Origin: Podarcis cretensis
Lineage: Eukaryota
Reading direction: 5' to 3'
DNA length: 64,000 nt
NCBI GenBank assembly: GCA_951804945.1
Contig: OX638153.1
Span: 50,778,001-50,842,000, forward strand
The notes under the pieces are model-generated. The model was not told where the DNA came from. It saw nothing but the letters and a program-made list of their open reading frames with translations, and did not search any database. Positions 13,012 through 26,123 of this stretch are shown piece by piece (positions within the stretch are counted from its first letter, which is position 1; every line of letters begins with the position of its first letter). A program made the position numbers and the translations under genes.

Positions 13012-14639
13012 CTATGAGAGTACATAAAAATAATGAAAAGCAAGCCCATTAAAAAAAATAATTAGCTTGTAGTCCATTCCATCTCAAGGACACACATGGT
13101 GGGGCACAACAATAAAACTAACAGGTATCTAGATATCCATTACTATAACAAAACTGTAGACGGAAACAAATTTAAATTCCTCAAAGCTGCTTAATTCCAC
13201 CTAGTCCAAGGAAGGAGAAACAGTTTCAGAAAATGCACATTCAGCCTTGGATGAATATTCAGGAGAAAAGAACACTGAATTGTGCTGGACAGAGTTCCTT
13301 TCTGCATACTTTGCTGCTTGAATCAAGCACACAGTTCATATGATCAAGACAGCACACTGGATTCATCTTTAAAATTATGATGGAATATTATGGGAAAAGA
13401 TCTCTAAAGTATAACATCTCTATAAGTGACTTCTATACATTTTCAAAAATGGCATGAGTAATATAAAACAAACATTTATACATATATCCTTTATATACTA
13501 GCAAAGATTATGAATAATTGTTCAGATATTATGAATGATTAATGAAACATATAATGGATTTGAAAGTTATATCAACTTTATCCCATTTCACCACACAGCT
13601 AATACAGTTTCCTCAAGTTACACTAAAATTGAATAAGTTATTCAAGTGTGTAAAAAATGTATTTGTCTTGGTTGTGAAATATTACTTTAGTATCTCAACT
13701 ATTCTTAGGATATCTCATATTCAACTTATTCCATTTGTAAGACATGAGAATCTTCAGCAATTCTGTTTGATCTGTAAATTGCTGAGCTGGCAAAAAGAAA
13801 CAAAAGACCCCCCCCCAGTAGGGGATTTCAAGCAACAATGAAGTAAAAGTAAAAGAAACTACACCTCAAAGAAAGTATTATTAATTGGGAAACACACATT
13901 TGATAGCAAACAAGAGACTGCCTCTAATATGCAGAGTACAGTGTGGGGTGGAGGCTTCAGGAAGAACAGCAGGGGGGGCATTTGTCATTTTGCTTCTGGA
14001 AGTATTCTCCAGACTCGTGGAGGGGAAAGTACTGGGGAGAAAGAAGCTGGAACAAAGGATTTCAGTGGGAAATGGGTGAATGAATGTATTAAGCTCCCCT
14101 TCCCATGCTGCTTCTCCCTTCAAGTGACCACCCACACTTACTTTCATTGCTGGAAGTAATCATGAGAATGAAAATTCCATTTTTACCATGCATCTAGTTC
14201 CACACTAAACAGAACTAAGATTCAACAATGTACACTTTTAAAATCTGGAGTGGGAGTCCCATATTCTGCTTCACCAGTAAATGTTTGCATAGTAAATCAT
14301 CCCTCAGTTTACTTAACAGTGTGTAGAGGGATGTGAATATGTGCTGCAGCACAACTCCCAATGTCTCTATGTGCAGTGCAACCCCAAAACTGCACTTATT
14401 TAGTGCAAAGGTCTGAAAGGGTCTTGTAAGCATATTTGCAAGCCTCCTTACAGTTAGGAACAATGCCTGATTATGAGGAGGCTTCTTAAGTACATAAGGT
14501 AAATGTGCTTGAAAGCTGCTCTTGTAACAGAGGTCGGACCTACAGCTGTGCCCCAGCCTGCTGCAAATTTTCACCCTTGCATTTGCAGGATGAATACCCG
14601 AAGAGGATTTGTGTCACTGTATTTTTTACATGTTTAAAC

Positions 14640-14675
14640 AGACACACAAACACACACACACACACACACACACAC
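14640..14675. repeat. (CA)n microsatellite
   Basis: Visible CA run. Confidence 0.9.
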
Positions 14676-15744
14676 GGACTAACTGAAGGACAAGGATGCA
14701 ATGACAGGTCTCTTAGTGCTAGTTTTATGCAGTAATGAAACTTTGTCTCATTTTACTGAAAATCATAAAAATTTCTTTAGGGAACGGTACAGTTTGACTG
14801 CCCATGGCACCATCCCTTGCCTCCCTATTAGCCCCTTGAACTATTAACATCAAGTTCTTCCTATTCAGCAGTTTGTGGTAGTGCACCTAGGTATGACACA
14901 CAATCTGCAATGCTAGCACAGATCTCAGAAGAACAGGGAGTGCAGGTCTGCAAAATACAGAGATATACAGTGGATACACAATGTGGAGCTACACCTGGCT
15001 GCAATTCATCAGTGTGTGTACACCATATGTTCACAAATGCGCATCTCCCTTTCAAATGTTGCAGTGTTCCACAGGTAAAACCATAATTGACACCTGGAGA
15101 AACAGATCTGTCACATAAAGTGTGAAGTGCCTCCTGTTCTTAACCATTCTGCATAATTAATTAAAAATGCAATCAATGGTGCTCTCCTTGGATATATTTT
15201 CAGAAAGTCAACAGAACCAATTCAAAGAAACTTTCTAAACAAAGCTTTTTATTAAAGCCAATGGAGAAATTGGGTTCAAAAGTTTGAAAAAAAAGATAAG
15301 CAGGTTCTTTTATCAGCACACACAGAAGGATTTTATTGTTTGATATCAACGTTAAGGTTAATAATTAAATTCCAGGCTTGAACACTGAAACAAATAAATT
15401 AAAATCTCAGTCTCTGCAGTAGTTAAGAAAGTAATTTATCTTAATTAAAATCACTGCATTCATAACACTGCCATTCTAAAAATTTAAAGAGCATACAAGG
15501 TTTTGCTACCCAAGTAATTTTAATTGAATAGGGAAGAAAGTTAACATGTTAATGAACCTTTATTCAGATTGCAAATTATCTGAGTTTTAAGTAATATCAT
15601 TAATAATGGCATAATGAGAATGGAAAAAGAATACATTTTATTAAGCTTTACTAATAAGAAACAAAAAGGCAATCATGTAAATATAGTTAGATGATAAGTA
15701 CTTGAGGGAATATGGAAGTAGAAATACATTATGGGCTTTCTTAC

Positions 15745-15823
15745 CTGTAGAGCCAATTGACCAAGTGATATTCAGGTTGAAGTTGTTTGATGCATTAATT
15801 GATATGTCCAAATTTTTGTTTGA
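15745..15823 (-). CDS. ATRNL1: ATRNL1 coding exon (79 nt; SNKNLDISINASNNFNLNITWSIGST(A))
   Basis: tttttag|TCAAACAAAAAT...GGCTCTACAG|gtaag. Phase 0 start and phase 1 end are consistent with both neighbours. Contains NAS and NIT sequons. Confidence 0.95.
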
Positions 15824-16064
15824 CTAAAAAAATTAAAAAGAAAATATGAAAATTACATAAGACTATTGCTTAAACAAGCAATGACCTTATTTCAACTACA
15901 GGTGTTCAAACATATGCCCTGATCTTAAACACACTGGGCATGCTCCACTGACGTAGTTTTTCACATGCTACAAGGCCTTCGTCCTCTACAGCTGATGACA
16001 GTGAAGGCCTCCATGAACTTGCAAAACTGCCATAGCTAATAACGGAAGCTCTTTGTGCATGTTA

Positions 16065-16246
16065 CCATATTTACTAGAGTCTAATGCACCATCGACTCTA
16101 ATGCACACCTCAATTTTCGGAACCTTGAAACCAAAAAAAAAGTATTTGCCGGTGAATGTAAATGTTCTATCAAATCTAAGGCGCATCTTAATATTCATAA
16201 CATAATTTGGCCAAAAAAATAGAGCATTAGATTTGAGTAAATACGG
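16065..16246. mobile_element. Tc1/mariner (Tc2-like) MITE
   Basis: TA-CCATATTTACTAGAGTCTAATGC ... GCATTAGATTTGAGTAAATACGG-TA. Confidence 0.8.
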
Positions 16247-16345
16247 TAGTTTCTGGAGTGCAATCACTACTGATTTCAAGGGGCTTCCCATTGATTTGCT
16301 AATGGACAATTCCCCACAGCCACCAAAAAAGCTGTTCTTCTAGAG

Positions 16346-16481
16346 CAGGCTTCCTCAAACTCGGCCTTCCAGATGTTTTGAGACTACAATTCCCAGCATC
16401 CCTGACCACTGGTCCTGCTAGCTAGGGATCAAGGGAGTTGTAGGCCAAAAACATATGGCGGGCCGAGTTTGAGGAAGTCTG
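16346..16481. mobile_element. hAT (Charlie-like) MITE
   Basis: TIR CAGGCTTCCTCAAACTCGGCC / GGCCGAGTTTGAGGAAGTCTG. 8-bp TSD ttctagag (16338-16345, 16482-16489). Confidence 0.9.
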
Positions 16482-16826
16482 TTCTAGAGAAAGTAGGCTG
16501 CTTATCATCAATAACAGAAGAAAGGAGTAGTAGTACCTTCCCTGCCCTTGCTAGTGAAGCTGTAGGGTTGTAGGAAATGGCTGATTACATCAGGATATTA
16601 GCTAATAAACTCAGGAATGTTTAACTGAAAAGGAATATATCCAAGAGAATATAAGACTAACAATCTATCCATTTCACATGATAATATAAAATCCAACTTG
16701 AAATTTTATTTATAAGATTCAATAAAATTAACATGGACCCAAATGTTTTCCTATATTTTTTAGCTATAGTAAAGTCCAAATTAGTTGTTTTCTCAAGCAA
16801 GATTTCAGATTCACACCGTAGAAGAA

Positions 16827-16913
16827 GGTTGCAATCCTATACACACTTACCTGGGAGTAAGTCCAACTGAAGTCAATGAGCTTACTTCTAAGCAGATATG
16901 CATAGGATTGCAC
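16827..16913. mobile_element. Small palindromic MITE (related copies at about 12236-12320 and 17762-17851)
   Basis: tgcaatcctat ... ataggattgca inverted ends with internal gagtaagtcc/gcttact symmetry. Confidence 0.6.
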
Positions 16914-18267
16914 GGTAATTTGGTTAATTCAGAATTAAGGTGTGGAGCACCTCTTCAAATTGCATGCTCCTGAGAAATAAAAGCTCAGCCATCAATGTCA
17001 ATAGCTCTACAAAAAGGCATCTAAATTGCTACTATATTTGTAAAGTATGTGATATTATTAGGAAAAATGCTACGAACTGCAGCGTTCCCATCTCACAACC
17101 ACACAAGATATGTTTCAAGTTAATGTGTTGCTGATGAGTGTTTTCAGAGCAGAATTATTGCACTTCTCAGATCTGCTAAAGCATAAGGAATAATTTTACA
17201 TTAACTCTGCATAGAGTTAGTGTCATTGCATAGTTAAAGGTTTTTAAATTTATCATGTAGTTATTAACAATATTTTTATACTGCCCATTAACAAACATTT
17301 ATCTGCAGTACACAGAAAATAGTCAAAATAAGAATACAGCTTGAGCATAAAAATGAGTATCAGAATATAAGCAGGATAAAACCAACAACAGTAAAAACAG
17401 TAGTTTCCAAGGTCTAAAAAGCAAAAAACTTGTTTCTAAAACTGAAAAATCTGGGACATATAGTCTACACCAGCTCCCAAAAAGTCTACAGTGTAAGCAC
17501 CAGGTTAGCATTTCCATCAGTGAGAAGCCCTCTCCCTAATGGCTACCACCTCACTTCACTGGTAGAGATACCTGGAGAAGGAACTCTGAAAATGAACTTC
17601 AGGTCTTGAGAAGTGTATATATGGGTATCCTGGCTTTTAAAACAGCAACACTTTAAATATGGAATGAACACACACAAACACACACACTTTATTTAACTTC
17701 TATAAACATCTGCCCTATCCACTGCCTTGTCCAAGAAAAAATAAATATGTTTCACACCTTACAGTACTATCCTAACCACGTCTACTAAGACATTAGTCCT
17801 ACTGAATTCAATAGGGCTTACTCCCAAGTAGGTGGGGCAAGGATTGCAGCCTTAACAAGGGATTAATTGCAGTGACAAGCAGCTATTCATCCGCATACAA
17901 GTGAGGAGGCACTGTGATATGCTCCACTGCAGAAAGACTGAAGCTAGCCAGCAACCAGTATGAGAGCATTAGGAAACATTTGGGCATCTGCAGGAGTGAG
18001 ACAACTTAATTTACATATGTGTGGAATGGAAATTGATTTGAGTCCTAATGGATGAGGATATATATTTTACTTCAAAATCTGAGTTCAGTTATTATTCAAA
18101 ACCTGAAGAAACCACTTGTTTTCCCTGAACTGAAAGTTGTTTATTTCATCCCTTCTTACTACCTTTTAGTTCCTACAAACAGATTTAGAAAACCACCAGA
18201 TATAATGGATACCTAGTCTATGATCACTAAATAATCATATTAGAGGCAGTTACTTATATTAGCTCAC

Positions 18268-18362
18268 CTGTTCAGGATTTGCAATGAAGTTTATGGCAGT
18301 GTGATGGCGATCATCTTCTTGTAATAAGCTGAAGGTAAACTGATAGTCAATCAGTAAGCTGT
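18268..18362 (-). CDS. ATRNL1: ATRNL1 coding exon (95 nt; (Y)SLLIDYQFTFSLLQEDDRHHTAINFIANPEQ)
   Basis: ttttgtccacag|ACAGCTTACTG...CCTGAACAG|gtgagc. LLQEDDRHHTAINFIANPEQ is the ATRNL1-type sequence (ATRN has SQEDDRYYTAINFVATP). Confidence 0.95.
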
Positions 18363-18411
18363 CTGTGGACAAAACATTTAGAAATTAGCAGATGAGATTG
18401 TCTTATATTCA

Positions 18412-18505
18412 GATATATCTGAAGAAGTGTGAATGCACACGAAAGCTTATAACCAGAACAAACTTAGTTGGTTTCTAAGGTGCTACTGGACAATTTGTTT
18501 GTTTA
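18412..18505 (+). mobile_element. Penelope-like element terminal fragment with hammerhead-like motif
   Basis: CTGAAGAAGTGTGAATGCACACGAAAGCTTA...aaacttagttggtttctaaggtgctactgga is the typical reptile PLE terminus. Confidence 0.7.
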
Positions 18506-20725
18506 TTTAGTCATGAATATTGTACATGGTTCTTCACTTGATTTGTTTGTGCTTTTATAATGGAAATAATCCATTTTGACCAGAGACTGATGTTCCAACA
18601 GACTAACAAGTCCCTGGACTACAGCCCATGATTTTCATAATGTGGCACTGAACCAGTCTGCTAATTTTCCCCTAAAAGTTTATCAGTTAAAAGGGTCCTT
18701 TCCAGTGGTATTTGTAATGTTGCTGGAGGGTTTTTTTATATTGATGAGAGTGCGGGGGGGGGGTGTTGTTAAGTGGTCCACTGAGACCTGTCCCCCTGCA
18801 ATTTTTAAGTGGTTCAAGAAACCACAAAATTTGAGAAGCACTGCTCAATTAATACTGTATGATTGGGAGATCATGGAATTGACCTACAAATCTTTTCACC
18901 TTTCTGTGGTATTGCATTGGTCTGCTCAGTCCTTCTATCTCAAGCCACAGCATGGAAAGAAGCAAGTGGAATGCAACAGTACTATGGGTCAGAGTAAAAT
19001 ATTGCCAGATTTTTACCATGAATTCTATTTGAAAAATTTAAATATTCCTGTAAAGCTGTACTATGCAATATATCTGAGTCACACAGCACAAAGGTCCATG
19101 AATTCTAATCATGGTCATATCTTTTCTAATATAGTTTTGCATTTCAACTGTTATCATTCTTGGATAACAGTCCTGGCAGGAGTCCTAATTTGTCTTTGAT
19201 GTCATTATCCCCAAAACATGTTCTTGAACTTCTAGGACAGTGACAATTATCAGGAGAAAAAGACTTGCCACAAACCACTTGAGTAGCTATCATCCCATGT
19301 TGACAAAATGTTCTTTAGAGTAAACTATTGTAACTGCGAGAAGAAATCAGTCATTCCCCCATTACCCATGCATAGGAAGTACCGACCCACAGCAACAGCA
19401 GAAATATCAAGATGATAACACAGAACCTATCCCACATAAAATGCAAGAGCACATAGTGTCTCCCCAACCACAATTCTACAGCTCACTAGTCAGGAGGCAT
19501 ACATGTAGAAACCCTTAACAGAAAGGTTAAAGTACATCTGAATGTCAATGATTTGACAGAGAACACCCACAAATCACATTTCTATTGGTGCTTTAAACAT
19601 ACACCACTCTTCACCCCCCCCCATAACTAATGTTATGCTGATCTTGAGCATGGAATTGAGCCCTCAGTGAGCATATTCTTCTGCATTCCTGTCATGCCCC
19701 AATTCCACTTAACACTGACTTAACATTATGTCATTAATGTCATTGCTACGCCATTATGTCATCAAAATACCTTTACTTCAATGGTGAAATTTGGAGATCC
19801 ACCGACATAGGAAATTTAGTAGCAATCCTAACTTCTTCCACCAGCATCAGTCAGAGTATGTGTCACCAGTATTAGCAAAATTGATGCCTTAATTTAAGAA
19901 GAATGGGTGCCATTTTCCTGTTAGATTTCCTTCAGCTATATCCAATTACTAATGTCAGCCACAGGAGTGCTACATTAATTTAACATAAATACCAAAGAAA
20001 AAGAGAGCAGCTCAGCTGGGAGTGAAATTTTAGATTTCCATACCCAGCCACAACATTTATGAGGTTATCTGCAGTTTTATCATTTTTGCTCCTAAGTTTC
20101 AGTATGGGATAACTTCTCCAAGAGGTTATGTTTCAATGATATTCCATATTACAGGTGTCTGTGATGTTTTTAAAAATTAAGATGTTTTTAAAAATTAAGA
20201 TGAACCTGAACAAGCAGCATATCACATTGCTATTTTTTTAATGCAAAATAAGCAAGATCCATGTAACAACACATGTTTACCTTGGTATGTTAACAGAAGG
20301 TTCAGTTTATTACCAAAATTCTTCTGTTAGCAAACATGCCTGCACAAAGACTTTTAATTCTATCACAAACATTTAATCAAAGGTACAGATTATATATCCA
20401 TAACCTTTGCATTCAAAACACAGACTATTCAAGAGCCTGTTTGAGTTTACATAAGACGGATTCACAAAAACAAATTACTTTAATTAGGAAAGAAGTCTGT
20501 ATTGATTGTGACCAAATTAAAGTGAGATGTTTAGCATTAGGAGAGCAGAAAGGCTGATGACTTTAAAGCAGCCAGACATCATGTTCCTATCATCTCAGTG
20601 GCATCCATGTTAAAACAGCTTAAGCAACAGTATCAAGGGTGCATCACTGGAGTAGGTAAAAGGGCCACAACACAGGGCAACTAATATAGGTTTTGTTATC
20701 AGGAACCACTCAGTCTTTGTTAGTA

Positions 20726-20956
20726 CAGTGGTACCTCTGGTTACGTACTTAATTCATTCTGGAGGTCCGTTCTTAACCTGAAACTGTTCTTAACCTGAGG
20801 TACCACTTTAGCTAATGGGGCTTCCCGCTGCCGCCACGCAATTTCTGTTCTCATCCTGAAGCAAAGTTCTTAACCCGAGGTACTATTTCTGGGTTAGTGG
20901 AGTCTGTAACCTGAATCGTATGTAACCCGAAGCATATGTAACCCAAGGTACCACTG
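20726..20956. mobile_element. Tc1/mariner (Tigger-like) MITE
   Basis: TA-CAGTGGTACCTCTGGTTAC ... GTAACCCAAGGTACCACTG-TA. Confidence 0.88.
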
Positions 20957-21859
20957 TATACACTAGTAGAATTGTGGATGAGCCCTGAGCCACATTACCT
21001 GTGGTCAAGACAACAGAATTCCAGCAAAGAACAACATACAGCTAATTTTCTAGCATGCTTTGTGACTTAATTTATTTGTTCCCCAAGTGGTCAACCTAAT
21101 TACATAAAGGGAATAAAAAAGAAAGCACAACCATGGCAACAGATAACATATATCAGCACTTTACCCCAATTAATATAAAAGGGGTTCTTGTGAATAGAAC
21201 AGCACATTAGTGGTGGAATGACATCTTGACTCAGGGAGGGAGGGGAGAAAGGGAGGGGAAGTACCAATGGTTTTATTGACAGGTGGATCTTGGGGTATTC
21301 AAGTGCTTGAAATGCAAATATTTCAGAGGTCCTCCCATATTTGAACAGCATATGGTTTATACAATGTAATCATATGTAAACGCAAAAAAATTCATAATGC
21401 CAATGTGCCAATGTGCATGGTGAAAAAACTGTAGATAAGACACTTCTCTTTTGGCTACAGATCTGTATTATATTGTTCTGCAGCTTGAAATATATACTTA
21501 ATGTAGTACTTGAGTCAAATTATCCAGATTCATCTTTACTTTCAAATCTTTTCGTTCTTATACATGCGTAATTCACAGTATGTTTTTCAATAGTAGTAAT
21601 AAAAAAACAAAAAACAAAACCCCACAGTGTTAATTATAATGGATTTTCTTAGAGCTAGCTGTTAAATGTCTCACATTCAATACAGATTTCCTTCTTAAGT
21701 ATGAGACAAAGTTTAATGAGGAGCAGAAGTTGAAGTATACATTGACTTTTATTGTATTAATATTTTAATTTCTAGTGATATTTTAAATAATTGCTAATTT
21801 ACCGGGTATCAATTTTGAAAAAAAATATTTTTTCTGAATTATTATGTTTATGTGTGCCC

Positions 21860-21983
21860 CTTATCTTCCTCTGATCACTCATTGTCATCCCACCATCAAT
21901 CCCCTGACTCTGAGCCTTCTTCCCTTAGGAGTTCCCCAGTTAGTGCCTCCCACCACTCCTCTGCCTCCAGCCAGTCTACGACA
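21860..21983 (-). mobile_element. LTR-like fragment related to 4220-4605
   Basis: Minus strand begins TGTCGTAGACTGGCTGGAGGCAGAGGAGTGGTGGGAGGCAC. Confidence 0.45.
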
Positions 21984-23146
21984 CCATTGCAAAGCATGTG
22001 TGTGTATGCATGTTTTCTTTTCTATCACATCTTGTATAGTCAATTACATGACTTCAAACTCAGTATAAATACTGCACTAAGTCAGAGCAGAATTTTTTTA
22101 CACCCACTATGGACTCATTAAGGTCTACAAAAGGTCAGGGCCATTCTCAAGCAAGCAGTGCATATAAATAATTTGAACATTTTGCTACAAATAGAAGAGA
22201 CATTAGTGGTTATTTCTCTGAAGAAAAGTTAACACATGCACAGAAGTACTTCAAAACTGGAGCATTCATCTGGATAAGCAAGAGTTGTCCGAATCAGCTC
22301 CACATGTCTGCAATGAGCACTGTAAAACTATATCTCAAGAACTAAAGAAAAACCACTATTTAAGTAAGGAAATAAAAGTAAGAAAAATGTGTAAACAACC
22401 ATTTAATTTCAGTAAAGCTGCTCAATTAAGGAGCAATTCACTTTCTAGTGAGCGTAAATGACTCTAGTGCAGGTTAACGAGTATTTTGTTTTTGTATCCT
22501 GTAGGGAATACGGACATTGTTCTAGTCAAATCCATATAAGATATGCCTTAACATTTGGCCTCTTAAAATGTTTGGCTGTAGCCCATGAATGCTCAGGAAA
22601 ACAACATACTGAGGGAAAACCTAAACCTCCAGAGAGGCAATGTTAATGCAGTAAACTATTAATCCAACTACTGCCAACACATGAAAGTCACTTTTTCCAT
22701 TCAACAAGTGGAATTTGGTATATATGGCTCTTCTAATCAACTACAATAGCCTGAATGGAGCAGTATACTTGATGTGGGAGGCATTCAACTAGTGCATATT
22801 TTTTAACCTCTTCAATGTCCTGTCTCTCAATCTGGATGAAGGACTCAGACTATATTCTCTGCCAATAACTTTAATGCTCAAATCTGTATAGTACAGAAGC
22901 GAGGCAAGGATCAGTGACACAGCAAGTGCAAGGCATGACTACGCATGCTATGGTACTGATCCCACAAGTGACATGTCTCCTGGGCAACTATTATAAAGAA
23001 GAGAGAAAGGAATGACTTCAGCATGGCAAGTAAGATGTTTCTTTAGAATGGACAAGCAAATGGGAACTCCTTTGGGTGAGCTGGGCTGAGCCTGAGCTGT
23101 CCATTTGCACCAGAGCTAGTATCTCCAAATCCTGGGGAGTATGTTA

Positions 23147-24190
23147 CCGTATTTTTCACTCTATATCATGCACCACACCATAACACGCACGTAGTTTTTA
23201 GAGGAGGAAAACAAGAAAAAAATATTCTAAACGAAACAGTGGATGCATGATTTTTGTGGTTCATGCTGTGGCCACAGACATGTGATCTGATGGTGAGTTT
23301 GGGGTAGCCTAATGCAAAAATCCTGAGGATCCATGTGGATCCATGCGAAAGTTGCCCTAAAGTCGCAGGGGCGCTGGAAGTCGCAGGGGCGCTGGGGGAG
23401 TGAACGGGAAGCAAGAGAAGCAGAACGATGCCTCACACACACACAGACACACAGAGTATCAATCCTAAAGTCGCAGGAGAGCGCAGGGGCACTGGCAGAG
23501 TGAACGGAAAGCAAGAGGAGGAGAACAATGCCTCACACACACAGACACGCAGAGTATCTATCCTAAAGTAGCAGGAGAGCGCAGGGGCGCTGGGTGAGTG
23601 AACGGAAAGCAAGAGAAGGAGAACGATGCCTCACACACACAGACACGCAGAGTATCAATCCTAAAGTCGCAGGAAAGCGCAGGGGCACTGGGAGAGTGAA
23701 CGGGAAGCAGGAGGAGGAGAACGATAGCTCAAGCACACACACACAGCCCCTATAGTGGCTAATCCAAAATCGGACAGCAAAAAACTGCAGGCAGGGACAG
23801 AAAGCACGGGGTTGTTTTAAAGCAGCCAACCCTGCTCTGCTTCTCTCCCTCCTCCCCAGTTTGGCTGGCTGAAAAGCTTTGCTGCTACTTAGCGAGCTCA
23901 GTGGGGAGGAGAGAGGGACATAGAGCACGGGGTTGTTTTAAAACAGCCGACCAGACAGGAGCCGCTTACACTCGTGTAAGCGTCTCCTCTCCTCTCCCGC
24001 TCTGCTTTTCTCCCTCCTCCCCGGCTCGGCTCGCTTACACCCGCTTTGCTGTTTCAAAGGAAGCCACGGACTGCTCACGACTGCAGCAGATTCCCCCGCC
24101 ATCCGTAGGCATTCGCTCCATAACACGCAAAAACATTTCCCCTTACTTTCTAGGAGGAAAAAACTGTGTGTTATGGAGCGAAAATTACGG
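23147..24190. mobile_element. Tc2-like non-autonomous DNA transposon with internal ~98-bp tandem repeat
   Basis: TA-CCGTATTTTTCACTCTATA ... TTATGGAGCGAAAATTACGG-TA. Both ends are shared with 1553-1812. Repeat units start at 23356, 23464, 23562 and 23660. Confidence 0.85.
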
Positions 24191-24672
24191 TAGTTTATGT
24201 TTGCTTGCAAAGAAAAAGCAGGTCATGGCCAGTTCCTTTTTTCTAGGAAAAAAAGTTGCCAGTACTCATTGGCGGCTTCTATGCCCGCTCTACCCCAACC
24301 ATCACGAGCGCTGCCAGTGTGGTAACCAGGCTGCCATGGGCCAGCAGCAGAGCACAGTACACGGTGAAGTAAGCTCGTCACAAACTGCGCTTCCCACTCT
24401 CATGCTCCTCGGGGAGCAGGACTCGTGTGCTTCAGCCAGTCCCAGTAGGTGGTGGCCAGACTCTGGTGGGACTTTGTTCATGCAGCGGCTCCCCATGCAG
24501 ATGAGCATCTCTGGGCAGGGAGATGCCAGTACTGTGAACCAGTGAGTATCACAAGCACTGATCATGACTATTAAGGGTTATTGTCTGTGCCTAGATGAGC
24601 TCATATGAGGTATAAGTCAGAAGGAGCTGCCAGTCACTCAGCACAAATTAGAGTATAAGTAGCCCTGTATTT

Positions 24673-24928
24673 CGCCTGCCAACCTAGCAGTTCGAAAGCA
24701 CCTCCGGGTGCAAGTAGATAAATAGGGACCGCTTACCAGCGGGAAGGTAAACGGCGTTTCCGTGTCGGCTCTGGCTCTGGCCAGAGCAGCGATGTCACGC
24801 TGGCCACGTGACCCGGAAGTGTCTCCGGACAGCGCTGGCCCCTGGCCTCTTAAGTGAGATGGGCGCACAACCCCAGAGTCTGTCAAGACTGGCCCGTACG
24901 GGCAGGGGTACCTTTACCTTTACCTTTT
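24673..24928 (+). mobile_element. Sauria SINE, 5'-truncated
   Basis: Core CCTGCCAACCTAGCAGTTCGAAAGCAC and (ACCTTT)n tail. TSD tagccctgtattt at 24660-24672 and 24929-24941. Confidence 0.92.
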
Positions 24929-26123
24929 TAGCCCTGTATTTGTAACGCAGTTGGGGTGGAGTGGCTGGCTGGCAGGCACTGATCTATGCTGAATTTCTGC
25001 AGGGAGACTATTTGCTGAGAAGACCTATTTCTAAGCTGTCTGTCTAGAACTAAAGGCAGTCAGAGGTAGGAACTGCACTGTACTTTTTACTGAGCTACCT
25101 GTCAGCGCTAAGGAGACTCAGCTTCCATAAAGCATGATTAGTCTGCATACTATCAGTGGTTGGTTTGGGGGGGGGCAATGGTATTTTGCTGGTGTCGGCA
25201 GCACTGCATTTAACTGAGATGGGGAGGGACAAGGCAAAGCAAGGGCAAGGCAGTGGAACTCTCTGTTGGTAGCAGCTCTCCAGGTGCCACTCGCTCACTA
25301 TTACCAAGCCAGAGCTCCTCTGATATTGCTGCCACCTCACCCCATCCCTGTTCCAAGAAGCAGCAGATCACCAGTGGGAGGACTGCCTCCAGCCTCCACC
25401 TGCTTAGTGAGCCACTACAGCAGTTGCTTAAATCGAAAGTGACCATTTTTCAAAAGTGTGGTTAGCAGTACTCAACTTTGCAAAGAACAGAGTACCACGC
25501 TGAACAAGCAATTTCAGCATAAGGGTGCAGGTTGTTTAAATGGCACATAAAGTCTTAATGCACGATATAGAGAGAAGGTCAACACATCCACACATTTAAT
25601 AACTGTTTTGTGAAGAGCTTCCCTTTCCTTAACAAATTGCATTGTCATTAAAAATATTTATGAACATACAGAATTAAGACTCAGAGCAGGGATAGGGAAT
25701 CTGCAGCCCTCTCACATGCTCCTGGATGCCAACCTCCATCAGCCCCAAGGTCACAGAAGACAGCAGTGGTAATACAATTTTGAATTGTATAGATTGCATT
25801 CATCACCCAAAAGAAAGCTTCTAAAGGACCAGTATTACAAAATATATTTGTGCTATTTTTGCTCACTTGTTTAATAAGAACATTGTAACATGTGTTTCAT
25901 CCATTTTAAAAATTCTTTTTTAGGAGACTTTCTAGTTTTAAACAATGCATGTCATTATCAAACTATTGTATATCTATATATATATTTCTTTTGCAAGGTG
26001 TACACTGTTCAGATGTTGTCTTTTATTTTTGCTAAGTTATTTGAATACAAACTAGTCAGATCCCTTTATGTTTCCAGAAGTGTGACTTTCATGATAGTGC
26101 TGTTAGCAACCATACAGAATGTA

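Noticed and set aside
18642-19199. 185-aa plus-strand ORF
   Set aside because: GTG start, no recognisable domain, overlaps degenerate repeat sequence, and is antisense in an intron.
23901-24545. 214-aa ORF
   Set aside because: It runs across a MITE end into a different repeat, so it is a chance ORF.
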